Origin: an uncultured bacterium
Lineage (GTDB): Bacteria; Myxococcota_A; UBA796
Assembly (NCBI GenBank): GCA_963932775.1
Contig: CAWVVG010000002.1
Span: 1-37,514 of the forward strand
Reading direction: 5' to 3'
DNA length: 37,514 nucleotides
Shown: positions 9,029 to 17,704 of the stretch, in pieces
Position numbering within the stretch: position 1 is the stretch's first letter
How the letters are laid out: each line of letters begins with the position of its first letter
The notes under the pieces: generated by a model
What the model saw: only the letters and a program-made list of their open reading frames with translations
Database searches by the model: none
Told to the model about the DNA's origin: nothing
Position numbers and translations under genes: made by a program

Positions 9029-9478
9029 CTATAATAGGCCCGTCGAGCCAAACCCTGACTCACCCCGCTCGGTCTGGTCGAGATCTTCGACCAACACAAT
9101 CTCCGCCTGGGGTGCGGGCGTGATCAACATTTGTGCCACCCGCATTCCACGGGAGATCTCGATGGGCTCTGGACCCAGGTTGATGAGCAGGACCTTGAGC
9201 TCACCCCGATAGTCTGCATCGATCGTACCCGGTGAATTGGGCATGCCCAAGCCCTGTCTCAGGGCCAAGCCAGATCGGGGGCGTATCTGACCTTCCCAAC
9301 CATCGGGAATTGCCACCCGAAGCCCTGTGGGAATCGCATACCGCTCCATGGGCTGCAGCGTATACGCCTCCGCCGCTCGCAGGTCCATGCCCGCTGAACC
9401 TGGGGTCGCATAAGCAGGAAGGTCCAGGCCCCTCCCATGGGGAAGAACCTGGACCTTCACTGGTAGCGGTCTAAGCAC
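9029..9478 (-). CDS. dut: dUTP diphosphatase
   Basis: 149 aa, GTG start. The dUTPase motifs are present: AYATPGSAGMDL, RPRSGLA, GTIDADYRGEL, RVAQM, ERGESGFGSTG. Confidence 0.92.
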   Translation of the reverse strand: MLRPLPVKVQVLPHGRGLDLPAYATPGSAGMDLRAAEAYTLQPMERYAIPTGLRVAIPDGWEGQIRPRSGLALRQGLGMPNSPGTIDADYRGELKVLLINLGPEPIEISRGMRVAQMLITPAPQAEIVLVEDLDQTERGESGFGSTGLL

Positions 9479-9483
9479 TAAGC

Positions 9484-11595
9484 TTAGAGTCCCGCGGCTT
9501 CAAGGGCTTCCTTGCGGCTGAGACGAATCTTGCCGCTGCGCTTGTCCACTTCGAGGACGCGAACCAGTACCTCATCTCCCTCAGAAACCACATCGGTGGT
9601 CTGGTCCACCCGCTCGTTGGCGAGGTGAGAGATGTGTACCAGGCCCTCTGTTCCTGGGAAGATTTCGATGAAGGCACCGAAGTCCACGGTCCGCTTGACC
9701 ACGCCCAAGTACAGCTTGCCAATCTCAGCTTCCTGAGTGAGCTCGCGAAGCATGCCGAGCGCCTTGTTGGTGGCGTCGCCATCCGAGCTGGCAATAAGCA
9801 CAGTACCGTCATCTTCAACGGTGATGCGCACGCCGCACTCTTCTTGCATGCCACGAATCGTGCGACCACCAGGGCCGATGATGTCGCGGATCTTGTCCTG
9901 CTTGACCTTCAGCTTGGTGATGCGCGGTGCGTTGGCAGCAATGTCATCGCGGGGCTCAGCAATAACCTTCGCCATCTCGTCCAGGATGTGAATCCGGCCT
10001 TCACGGGCTTGAGCCAATGCTTTCCCCATGATCTCGCGGCTGATCGAGTCGATCTTGGTATCCATCTGGAAGGCGGTGATACCGTTCTTGGTACCGGTCA
10101 CCTTGAAGTCCATGTCGCCGAGGTGATCCTCGTCGCCAAGGATGTCAGAGAGAACTGCGAAGTCGTCTCCTTCCTTGATGAGGCCCATCGCGATTCCGGC
10201 GACGGGTGCTTTAAGGGGCACTCCAGCGTCCATCAGAGCGAGGGTCGCGCCACACACACTGGCCATGGAGCTGGAGCCATTGGACTCCAACACATCTGAA
10301 CAGCAGCGAAGCACGTAAGGGAAGTCCTCTTGGCTTGGAAGCACTGGGATGATGCTGCGATGAGCAAGCACACCGTGACCGATTTCACGACGCTTCGGAC
10401 CGCGAAGCATACGAGCCTCACCGGTACAGAAGGGCGGGAAGTTGTAGGTCAACATCCAGCGACGGAACTGCTCTTGCGTACCGGCATAATCGATGCGCTG
10501 AGAGTCCATTTCCATGCCGAGAGATGCCGTTACAAAGGTCTGGGTCTCACCGCGTGTGAACAGGGCGGAACCATGAGCCTTGGCGGATTGACCAACGCGG
10601 CAATCGATGAAACGAATCTCATCGGTGGCGCGACCGTCAATGCGGATACGGCTGGAGAGGACCTGCTCACGCATGGCCTTTCCGGTAATCTTGTCCCAGG
10701 CACCCTTTGCATCGGAAGTCTTGGCTTCAATGACATCCGCATCGGTTTCACCGGCGACAAGCTTCTCGATGATGGCGTTGCGTGCAGCCTTGAGGGCCAC
10801 CTTGCGCTCTGCCTTACCAGTGATGGCCATGGCCTCGCTGAGGCTGTCGGCACCATTGGTACCCACAAAAGCAACCACGTCTGCATCCAGTTCCTTGGGT
10901 GGAGGCACTTCCATGTTCTCCACTCCAGCGATGGAGCGAAGCTCCTCGATGGCACCGATGATCTTCTTGATCTCGGCGTGGGCACGGTCCATGGCATCCA
11001 TCATGACGTCTTCGGACAGCTCGTTGGCGCCACCTTCAACCATGCAGACCGCGTCGGTGGTACCGGCAACAACCAGGTTGAGCTCGGCGACTTCCATTTG
11101 GGCACGGCTGGGGTTTACGAAGGTCTCACCCTCAATCAGGCTGACCCGAACACCCGCGATGGGGCGCTGAAGGGGAGCGTTCGAGATGTGGAGTGCTGCA
11201 GAAGCACCGCACATGGCGAGGGTGTCCGTATCGGTGGTCTCATCGTAAGAGAGAACGGTACCGATCACCTGGGTCTCGTTGCGGTAGTGCTTCGGGAACT
11301 GAGGGCGAATCGGACGGTCAATCATCCGAGAGATGAGGGTCTCGCGCTCGTTGGAGCGGCCCTCACGCTTGAAGTAGTTTCCAGGAATGGTGCCGTAAGC
11401 ACCGTTGCGATCCTGGTACTCAACTGTGAGCGGCAAGAAGTCGAAGCGGGCTGGGCCGCCGGTAACAGCAGTCACGAGGACAGCAGAGTCGCCCACGCGG
11501 ACGACGACAGCGCCGTCGGCCTGCTTGGCCATAAGGCCGGTTTCAAAAGTCATGGTACGTCCGCCGATTTCGACGGATACAGATTGGATTTCCAT
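9484..11595 (-). CDS. pnp: Polyribonucleotide nucleotidyltransferase (PNPase)
   Basis: Two RNase PH domains are followed by KH (IRDIIGPGGRTIRGMQEE) and S1 (GKLYLGVVKRTVDFGAFIEIFPGTEGLVHISHLA). The ORF track starts at 11649. I prefer ATG 11595 (MEIQSVSVEIGGRTMTFETG), which is preceded by GGAGAA. Confidence 0.95.
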   Translation of the reverse strand: MEIQSVSVEIGGRTMTFETGLMAKQADGAVVVRVGDSAVLVTAVTGGPARFDFLPLTVEYQDRNGAYGTIPGNYFKREGRSNERETLISRMIDRPIRPQFPKHYRNETQVIGTVLSYDETTDTDTLAMCGASAALHISNAPLQRPIAGVRVSLIEGETFVNPSRAQMEVAELNLVVAGTTDAVCMVEGGANELSEDVMMDAMDRAHAEIKKIIGAIEELRSIAGVENMEVPPPKELDADVVAFVGTNGADSLSEAMAITGKAERKVALKAARNAIIEKLVAGETDADVIEAKTSDAKGAWDKITGKAMREQVLSSRIRIDGRATDEIRFIDCRVGQSAKAHGSALFTRGETQTFVTASLGMEMDSQRIDYAGTQEQFRRWMLTYNFPPFCTGEARMLRGPKRREIGHGVLAHRSIIPVLPSQEDFPYVLRCCSDVLESNGSSSMASVCGATLALMDAGVPLKAPVAGIAMGLIKEGDDFAVLSDILGDEDHLGDMDFKVTGTKNGITAFQMDTKIDSISREIMGKALAQAREGRIHILDEMAKVIAEPRDDIAANAPRITKLKVKQDKIRDIIGPGGRTIRGMQEECGVRITVEDDGTVLIASSDGDATNKALGMLRELTQEAEIGKLYLGVVKRTVDFGAFIEIFPGTEGLVHISHLANERVDQTTDVVSEGDEVLVRVLEVDKRSGKIRLSRKEALEAAGL

Positions 11596-11836
11596 TGGGT
11601 TCTCCAGATACACGAATGTCGCCTGAGATCGTCCATTAGATCTCAGCATCCGCTAGTGTTGTTGGGTTTTGCACGAATAAACGTGCCCCACAATCAAGGA
11701 CGGGCCTCAGGCTCCAAACATGTGCCGAGTGTCCCGTAGACCTGCGAGGCTTGAATGTTCTGTATGAGCATTCAAGCCGCGAAGACCTGCGGGTTGTTCG
11801 ACTTGTCGGTAGTTGCGACCGATTGTGAGTTGATTT
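11596..11836 (-). promoter_or_regulatory. Structured pnp 5' leader (rpsO-pnp intergenic region)
   Basis: There are about 240 nt of non-coding sequence between the rpsO terminator and the pnp start. It has a perfect 8-bp inverted repeat (CTGAGATC at 11622-11629, GATCTCAG at 11638-11645) and a 10-12-bp one (GGCTTGAATG at 11748-11757, CATTCAAGCC at 11769-11778). The latter is flanked by the direct repeat AGACCTGCG. Confidence 0.4.
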
Positions 11837-11877
11837 AAAAAGAACGAAGAAAAACGGGCGACCAGAGGCCGCCCGTC
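11837..11877 (-). terminator. Rho-independent terminator/attenuator downstream of rpsO
   Basis: The minus-strand RNA reads gACGGGCGgcctctggtCGCCCGTttttcttcgttcttttt. This is a GC-rich 7-10-bp stem followed by a U-rich tract, starting 7 nt after the rpsO stop. Confidence 0.6.
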
Positions 11878-11883
11878 TTCGAT

Positions 11884-12153
11884 TTACCGGCGAAGGCCAA
11901 GAGTCTTGATGATCGCTTGATAGCGCGCATCGTCATTGTTTCGCAGGTACTTGAGTAAACGGCGACGGCGACCGACCAGCTTGAGAAGACCACGACGACT
12001 GTGGTGGTCCTTCTTGTGGGTCTTAAAGTGGCCCGTCAAATAGGTGATGCGCTCGGTGAGGAGGGCAACTTGTACCTCTGGAGAACCGGTGTCACCTTCG
12101 CTGGTGGCATGGGTCTTCATTAGTTCTTGTTTGCGTTCTGCAGTCATAGCCAT
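11884..12153 (-). CDS. rpsO: 30S ribosomal protein S15
   Basis: 89 aa. [51 protein letters not shown] is the canonical S15 sequence pattern. Confidence 0.95.
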   Translation of the reverse strand: MAMTAERKQELMKTHATSEGDTGSPEVQVALLTERITYLTGHFKTHKKDHHSRRGLLKLVGRRRRLLKYLRNNDDARYQAIIKTLGLRR

Positions 12154-12296
12154 GTGAGTGTCTCCTTATAAATCGTTTCAGCAGGTGGGCCCCAGATGGC
12201 GTACCAAGGCTTGCCGCTCGAAACGTTGACCTGCGCATATGTCCCGTTCACTTGACCCCGTCAAGCGAATTGGCCCCTTCCGCCTGTCATTTTCCC

Positions 12297-13706
12297 TTAC
12301 ATCGCCATCCCATAGACTCCATACAGGAGCATGCTCGGACTGATTGTTCGTAGATCAACGAACTGCTTCTTGACCTGGCGGGCCCGCAAGTAAAATCGAC
12401 GGTGGGCCCAGGATTGCATTTTCACCAGGGTTGCCGGGTCATATCCGTGGGGATGGTAGATCAGGCGATCCGGATCGGGATTGAAGGTTGTGTAGTTTTC
12501 CCAGTCATCGCGGAACAAGTCCTTCTGCCAGCGATCTTCAAACAATTTTGACCCTGGGAATGGAACGGTGATCGCAAATTTGGCGAAGTCCAAGTCCAGG
12601 TCCACTGCAAACTCGACGGTCTCTTTGGTCATCTCAGGAGTCTCTCCCGGCATGCCGATCATAAACAAGCCAACCGTTTGGATGCCTGCGTTGCGCGCAT
12701 TCTCAACCCCGACCCGTACCTTTGAAGTGGTGATCTTCTTGTTCACATTGCCGAGCAGCATGTCCACACCGGACTCGATGCCCATCAGCACGCGACGACA
12801 CCCGCCGTCGTACATTATCTGGCAGGTCTCTGCGTCGAGCCTGTCTGCGCGGGTCTCGCTCAGCCACTGGCACTTCTTGTCCAAGCCACGGGCCACCAAC
12901 TCCTTGCAGAAGGGCTCGAGGTCCTTCTTGACCAGCGGAAAGATCGGATCGATGAACCCGATTTGCTTCACGCCAAAGCGCTCCACTAAGTACTCATATT
13001 CGTCTACGATCTTGATGGGATCCCGGCGACGATACACCTTGCCGCCGGTATGAATCAACGAGCAATAGTCGCAGCGATATGGACACCCACGAGAGCCCGA
13101 GATTGTGAGCACTGGCTTTGCGAAGTCCGCGAAGGGAAGCAGCCCATACCGGTGATACGGAAACAGGTGCCAGGCAGGGTATGGCAACGAGTCCAGATCC
13201 TGATTGATCGCCCGAGCCTTGTTGGTCACGGCTTGGCCGTCTCTCATCCAGCTCAAGCCGTCGATCGCCGAGAAGTCGGTCTCGGAGGATGCACAAGCAT
13301 CGACGATCTCAGTGATGGTAATCTCGCCATCGCCATGGACCGCAAAGTCTGCGTCATTGGACTGAACAATGTCTGCCCCAAATACATCTGCGTGGACTCC
13401 ACCCCAGACAATCTTGGCCTCGGGAAGCCTTGAGCGCAGGCGCTGGCTGATGGCTGTACATACCGGAGCGGACGGGGTCAACACGGTCATTCCGACCATA
13501 TCGGGCCGAAAGCGAACCGCTTTTTCTGCGACTTCATCCACATCAAGCCGCTCGGCAAACATGTCGATCACCCGCACATGGCACCCATGGTGCTCCAATG
13601 CGGCAGCGATGTAGGCCAACCCTATGCAGGGCATCGGCTCAAGTAAGCTGGCGAACCGGCCAAGTTTGGCCAAATTCATCGCTGGGTTGATCAGCAATAC
13701 ACGCAT
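12297..13706 (-). CDS. B12-binding domain radical SAM enzyme (class B rSAM)
   Basis: 469 aa. The N-terminal cobalamin-binding-like domain is MRVLLINP...CIGLAYIAAALEHHGCHVRVIDM...PDMVGMTVLT. The radical SAM cluster motif is GSRGCPYRCDYCS (CxxxCxxC). Confidence 0.9.
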   Translation of the reverse strand: MRVLLINPAMNLAKLGRFASLLEPMPCIGLAYIAAALEHHGCHVRVIDMFAERLDVDEVAEKAVRFRPDMVGMTVLTPSAPVCTAISQRLRSRLPEAKIVWGGVHADVFGADIVQSNDADFAVHGDGEITITEIVDACASSETDFSAIDGLSWMRDGQAVTNKARAINQDLDSLPYPAWHLFPYHRYGLLPFADFAKPVLTISGSRGCPYRCDYCSLIHTGGKVYRRRDPIKIVDEYEYLVERFGVKQIGFIDPIFPLVKKDLEPFCKELVARGLDKKCQWLSETRADRLDAETCQIMYDGGCRRVLMGIESGVDMLLGNVNKKITTSKVRVGVENARNAGIQTVGLFMIGMPGETPEMTKETVEFAVDLDLDFAKFAITVPFPGSKLFEDRWQKDLFRDDWENYTTFNPDPDRLIYHPHGYDPATLVKMQSWAHRRFYLRARQVKKQFVDLRTISPSMLLYGVYGMAM

Positions 13707-13737
13707 CGAACACTCCTTAGTCTGAGGTCAGACTATC

Positions 13738-15189
13738 TCATTCTTTTGGAAAACGATTGCCTTCTTCCACACTGATGTCTGGAGCGAGTCTGGGCAGGTC
13801 ATTTCGAATGTACAACTGAAAAAATGCTGGGTGAATGCCAACCAAGCCCCACTTCCGCTGGTGCTGAATGGAATGAAGGTCGTACACATCGTAGATTTCT
13901 TTGCCCCAGCCCCCCCCCATGGGCACCCGAATGATTTGGGGTGTCACAAGGCCACTGGGCGGCATGATCGCTTCGGGCCTCATCGCCATTACGGTCTGCG
14001 GAGTCACAGATGCAGACTCCGTGGTACCGGACATATCGATGACCGCACGACCCCAGTGATAGGCAAGCGACCCTGGGGTATGCACTGCCACCGTAGTTCC
14101 TGGGCCAAACCGCCACTTGAGAAAGCGGGCCATGTCCCGGCTCTGCTTCAGCTCAACCCGGCGACTCTTGGATGCTTCCACCCAAGCGCTCTGCGAGCCA
14201 TAAATGTCGAATATGATGGCCACCAAGACCGCCGCCCACACCCATCGTGCCCGGCGAATGCCTGCCAAGGCCTCGGCAGCCAGGAGGATAAATAATCCCA
14301 ACAAAGGAACCAACGAAGCCGCCAGAGCCCCAACGTCCACAGGACCAGTAAGCGCATAGCCGAGCCACACAAGCGCACCCCAGGCCATCACGCCCGTTCG
14401 GGTCTCTCCCAGCCCCGTTGCTGCCACGCCCAGCAGCCCGAGCCCGATCAAAGCGGGCACATAGAGCAAGGAATGGAGCACAATGGCGGGATTGAAGGCC
14501 GAGAGCCGGGTGAGAATGGCCGGCGAAGATGTGAACCCAAAAGCCATGCTGGCCACAGCTCCCGCGATGAGAACCGACACCACAACCCACGCCCAAGAGC
14601 GAATGTGAGCCCGCCAGCCCAACACCGCGATGCCCGTCCCCAGCAGCAAGCCGAACCAGCCCGTCAGACACAGCCCCGCCAATGCCAGCACGGTGCGCCA
14701 GCGGGTTTGACACCGCTCTGCATCCATTCCGGCGCACACCACAGCCAAGACACTCCATACGGCCAGCCACAAGTCATCGGTGCCAGAGCGGGCAGCCGCA
14801 ACCGCCGGAGCGGAAGCCGCGACGATGCCAATGGGCAACAAGGGCAGAAGCCTGTGATGGCGACGCCAGACCTCAATCGCGCACACCGCCAACAACAGCC
14901 CAAACAAGACCGGACCAATGAACTGAACGGCTCGGACCGGCTGAATTCCCATCCCATGAAGGGCAACCAACAGTGCGGTCCATGATGGATCTAAAAAACC
15001 CTGGACGGGCTCGGACTGGCCCGGGAGCCGACCGCCCTTTCCTATGCTGAATGAAATGGCATAACGAAACGAGGCAAAGGCCCTATCGAGCCACATGGAC
15101 TCGAGGCTCAGTCCACGACTACAGCCCACCGCAAATGCACTAATGGAGAGAGTCCAGCCAACCGCCGCACCTGCACCCAAAGGCTTCAA
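13738..15189 (-). CDS. Polytopic membrane protein, GT-C-fold glycosyltransferase-like (arabinofuranosyl/mannosyltransferase-like), with a C-terminal soluble domain
   Basis: 483 aa. The TTG start overlaps the upstream stop (TTGA). About 10 hydrophobic helices are present. The first-loop motif WLDRAFASFRYAISFSIGKG...EPVQGFLDPSWTALLVALHG resembles the DDAxIxFRYA...G...VEG...LW motif I associate with uncharacterised GT-C-like proteins. About 130 C-terminal residues are non-membrane. Coding status is firm; the function is tentative. Confidence 0.6.
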   Translation of the reverse strand: MKPLGAGAAVGWTLSISAFAVGCSRGLSLESMWLDRAFASFRYAISFSIGKGGRLPGQSEPVQGFLDPSWTALLVALHGMGIQPVRAVQFIGPVLFGLLLAVCAIEVWRRHHRLLPLLPIGIVAASAPAVAAARSGTDDLWLAVWSVLAVVCAGMDAERCQTRWRTVLALAGLCLTGWFGLLLGTGIAVLGWRAHIRSWAWVVVSVLIAGAVASMAFGFTSSPAILTRLSAFNPAIVLHSLLYVPALIGLGLLGVAATGLGETRTGVMAWGALVWLGYALTGPVDVGALAASLVPLLGLFILLAAEALAGIRRARWVWAAVLVAIIFDIYGSQSAWVEASKSRRVELKQSRDMARFLKWRFGPGTTVAVHTPGSLAYHWGRAVIDMSGTTESASVTPQTVMAMRPEAIMPPSGLVTPQIIRVPMGGGWGKEIYDVYDLHSIQHQRKWGLVGIHPAFFQLYIRNDLPRLAPDISVEEGNRFPKE

Positions 15190-16028
15190 GATACCCCCAT
15201 CACCAGATCGGCAACCGCCAGGCCGTCGAGCACCCGCTCCATGGAGATGTAGGGCTTTTCTCCATCAAGGATGGCCGCCGTCGCTGCCAGTTGATCTGCC
15301 TTGAACAGACCCGGCGAGGACTCGAGTTCGACTTCCTTTCCGTCCAGAAATACCCGTCCACTCTCTTGACGAACGATGCCCTGCTGAAATTCGAGCACCA
15401 TCTCCATGCGTCGCTCAAGGCCCTCTTCCATCCGACAGTCCAGATTGAAGGTCACGTCACCTGGGTACAACAGCTTGACCCCGAGATTGTTGGGAGTGCA
15501 GCGCTGAATCGACACATCCTCTGGCACCCCTATGGCATCGATGATGCGCTGGAATCGAGCGATGTTCGCATGGGCTGGAGATGTCGCCCCGGAATGAAGG
15601 CCACCATTGAAACTGAGACTGCCGCCTATCAAGGTCTGACCCGGGGCGAATTTCCGAATCCAACGGGCTGTGGGGGTCAAGAGCTCGATATGTTCTACGT
15701 GGAGCACCCGGTCTCGGGCCACAGAAAGGGCAAACAGGCTCGAAGCCTCCCCTGCACTGCCCGCCACTGGAAACTCACAGATCACATGGCGATAAGCCGA
15801 CAATGCGCTGTGCACCTGGCTCGCGTGGTAGTGATCGGGCGAGCAGATGGCCACAGCATCCACGTGCTGAAGCATGTCCTCAACGGACTGAAAGGTATGA
15901 AGGCCTACGGCTCCCGGATCTCCACGCCATCCACCCACCAGCTCGGCTCGGGGATCTGCACGAAGCGCTGCCACCCGAGCCTTTCCAGCCCGACCAACAC
16001 CCAACACTCCCCAACGAACCTTCATCAT
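15186..16028 (-). CDS. Gfo/Idh/MocA family NAD(P)-dependent oxidoreductase
   Basis: The ORF track gives 15186..16037 (GTG). ATG 16028 lies 7-10 nt after GAGGTGG. The dinucleotide-binding N-terminus is VRWGVLGVGRAGKARVAAL, followed by AVAICSPDHYHASQV and HVICEFP. Confidence 0.85.
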   Translation of the reverse strand: MMKVRWGVLGVGRAGKARVAALRADPRAELVGGWRGDPGAVGLHTFQSVEDMLQHVDAVAICSPDHYHASQVHSALSAYRHVICEFPVAGSAGEASSLFALSVARDRVLHVEHIELLTPTARWIRKFAPGQTLIGGSLSFNGGLHSGATSPAHANIARFQRIIDAIGVPEDVSIQRCTPNNLGVKLLYPGDVTFNLDCRMEEGLERRMEMVLEFQQGIVRQESGRVFLDGKEVELESSPGLFKADQLAATAAILDGEKPYISMERVLDGLAVADLVMGVS

Positions 16029-16096
16029 TGAATCCACCTCAATCGCCGCTAAAGTAACATGGCAAAGCGCGACATCGGCCGATCACTATGCAGTGC

Positions 16097-16477
16097 TCAC
16101 CACTTGTCGGTTGAACCAAAGCGGCGGCGATCGCGTTTTGTGGGGCGAGCGCCCTTCCTACCCTTGCGGCTCCCCCGGTCGAAGGTGGGATCCCCGGGCG
16201 TGTGACCGGTGGGTGGAGGCGGAGGCGTGTGGTCCACATAAAGGGTGGCTGCCAGCTTCGCCGGGCCCCGCTTATCGGCCAAGCCCGCCACCTCCAGCAC
16301 CTTTGGCCCGCCGGGAGTCAGCGCCTCCACATTGTCGCCCACCACCACACTCTTGCTCGACTTTGCCGTCTCGCCATTGAGCGTGACATGGCCACCGGCG
16401 CAAGCATCCGATGCCATGGACCGGGTCTTGAACATGCGGGTGGCCCACAGCCACTTATCGATTCGGACTTTTTCCAT
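16097..16477 (-). CDS. hslR: S4-domain RNA-binding protein, Hsp15-like (ribosome-associated heat shock protein)
   Basis: 126 aa. VRIDKWLWATRMFKTRSMASDACAGGHVTLNGETAKSSKSVVVGDNV matches Hsp15/S4. The C-terminal tail is Pro-rich and basic. Confidence 0.8.
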   Translation of the reverse strand: MEKVRIDKWLWATRMFKTRSMASDACAGGHVTLNGETAKSSKSVVVGDNVEALTPGGPKVLEVAGLADKRGPAKLAATLYVDHTPPPPPTGHTPGDPTFDRGSRKGRKGARPTKRDRRRFGSTDKW

Positions 16478-16519
16478 GTGAATCCACCACCTAACTCCAT
16501 ACCAGGGTAGCCAACCCTC

Positions 16520-17704
16520 ATGCTAATTCGCTTCTACTACGACATTGTCTGTCCCTATGCCTACCTCGCTAGCCTGCGCGTGGGTGCCATGGCCAGCCGC
16601 ACAGGAGCCACCCTGGAGTGGTGTCCAGTGCTCCTGGGTGGACTGTACCGCACCCACGGCACCCAAGATGTACCGGCGGAGGGCTGGGCGGCCAACAAGG
16701 TCCAGATCGGCCTATCTGACTTGCTCCGGGAAGCCGCAGCCAATGACGCCCCCTTTCACTTGAACCCCCGCCACCCCCAACGCTCCGTCACCGCCATGCG
16801 CTTGCTCACCGCGGCCACCGGGGACTCGCGGGCAGCCCTCAGTAAGGCCCTGTACTCGGCCTATTGGGTGGACAACCAAGACATCAACGATCCGGGGGTC
16901 CTGGGTCCCATCGCCCAAGCCCACGGCCTCAGCCTGGAGGATGCCTCCCGACAAGACATCAAAGATGCGCTGCGAGCCAACACCACTGCAGCCGCCGAGC
17001 GCGGGGCCTTCGGTGTGCCCACCTTCGAAGTCGATACCAAAATCTGGTGGGGCCAAGACCGCATGCACCTGGTGGAGAGGGCCCTCGGAGGCCAGCCCAC
17101 ATTCCTTCCCAAGCTCGGCCAATCCAGCAAGAAGAAGATCTCATTCTTTCATGACTTCTCGAGCCCCTACTCCTATCTTGCCTCGACCCAGATCCAAGCC
17201 CTGGCCGACGATGCTGGCGTACAGCTCGAGCTGCGTCCCATGCTGCTGGGGGCACTGTTTAAAGCCATCGGTACCGCAAACATCCCCCTGTTCACCTTCG
17301 GACAGGCTCGTATGACCTACATGATGCGGGACCTTGTGGACTGGTCCAACTGGTGGGACGTTCCCTTCAATTTCGCACCACACTTCCCCATGCGAACGGT
17401 CACTGCCGGACGTGTGGCGATCGTCGACCCCTCCACCACCTCGGCCATCTATCGATCAGCCTGGGTCGATGGTGTGGATCTCAACGACGATGGAGCGCTC
17501 GCGGAGGCCTTGAATAAGGCCGGATTTGATGGTGCCGCCCTCGTTGCTGCAACCCAAGACCCCGCCATCAAGGCCAAGCTGAGAGAGAACACGGAGGAAG
17601 CGATCGCTGCGGGTGCATGTGGAGCGCCGACCATCCTCTTGGAGGACCAGCTGTTCTGGGGACAGGATCGGCTGAACCGGGTCGCAGAAGCGCTCGAGAG
17701 TTAG
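16520..17704 (+). CDS. Tandem DsbA-like thioredoxin-fold protein (two 2-hydroxychromene-2-carboxylate isomerase/kappa-GST-like domains)
   Basis: 394 aa with an internal duplication. Domain 1 starts [17 protein letters not shown] and ends [13 protein letters not shown]. Domain 2 starts [17 protein letters not shown] and ends [13 protein letters not shown]. Confidence 0.8.
   Translation: MLIRFYYDIVCPYAYLASLRVGAMASRTGATLEWCPVLLGGLYRTHGTQDVPAEGWAANKVQIGLSDLLREAAANDAPFHLNPRHPQRSVTAMRLLTAATGDSRAALSKALYSAYWVDNQDINDPGVLGPIAQAHGLSLEDASRQDIKDALRANTTAAAERGAFGVPTFEVDTKIWWGQDRMHLVERALGGQPTFLPKLGQSSKKKISFFHDFSSPYSYLASTQIQALADDAGVQLELRPMLLGALFKAIGTANIPLFTFGQARMTYMMRDLVDWSNWWDVPFNFAPHFPMRTVTAGRVAIVDPSTTSAIYRSAWVDGVDLNDDGALAEALNKAGFDGAALVAATQDPAIKAKLRENTEEAIAAGACGAPTILLEDQLFWGQDRLNRVAEALES

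Noticed and set aside
10330-11739. 469-aa ORF on the + strand, the longest unexplained ORF in the track
   Set aside because: It lies entirely antisense to pnp, whose product is unmistakable. Its translation is low-complexity (Gly/Leu/Ala/His-rich) with no motif. It is a typical high-GC antisense open frame.
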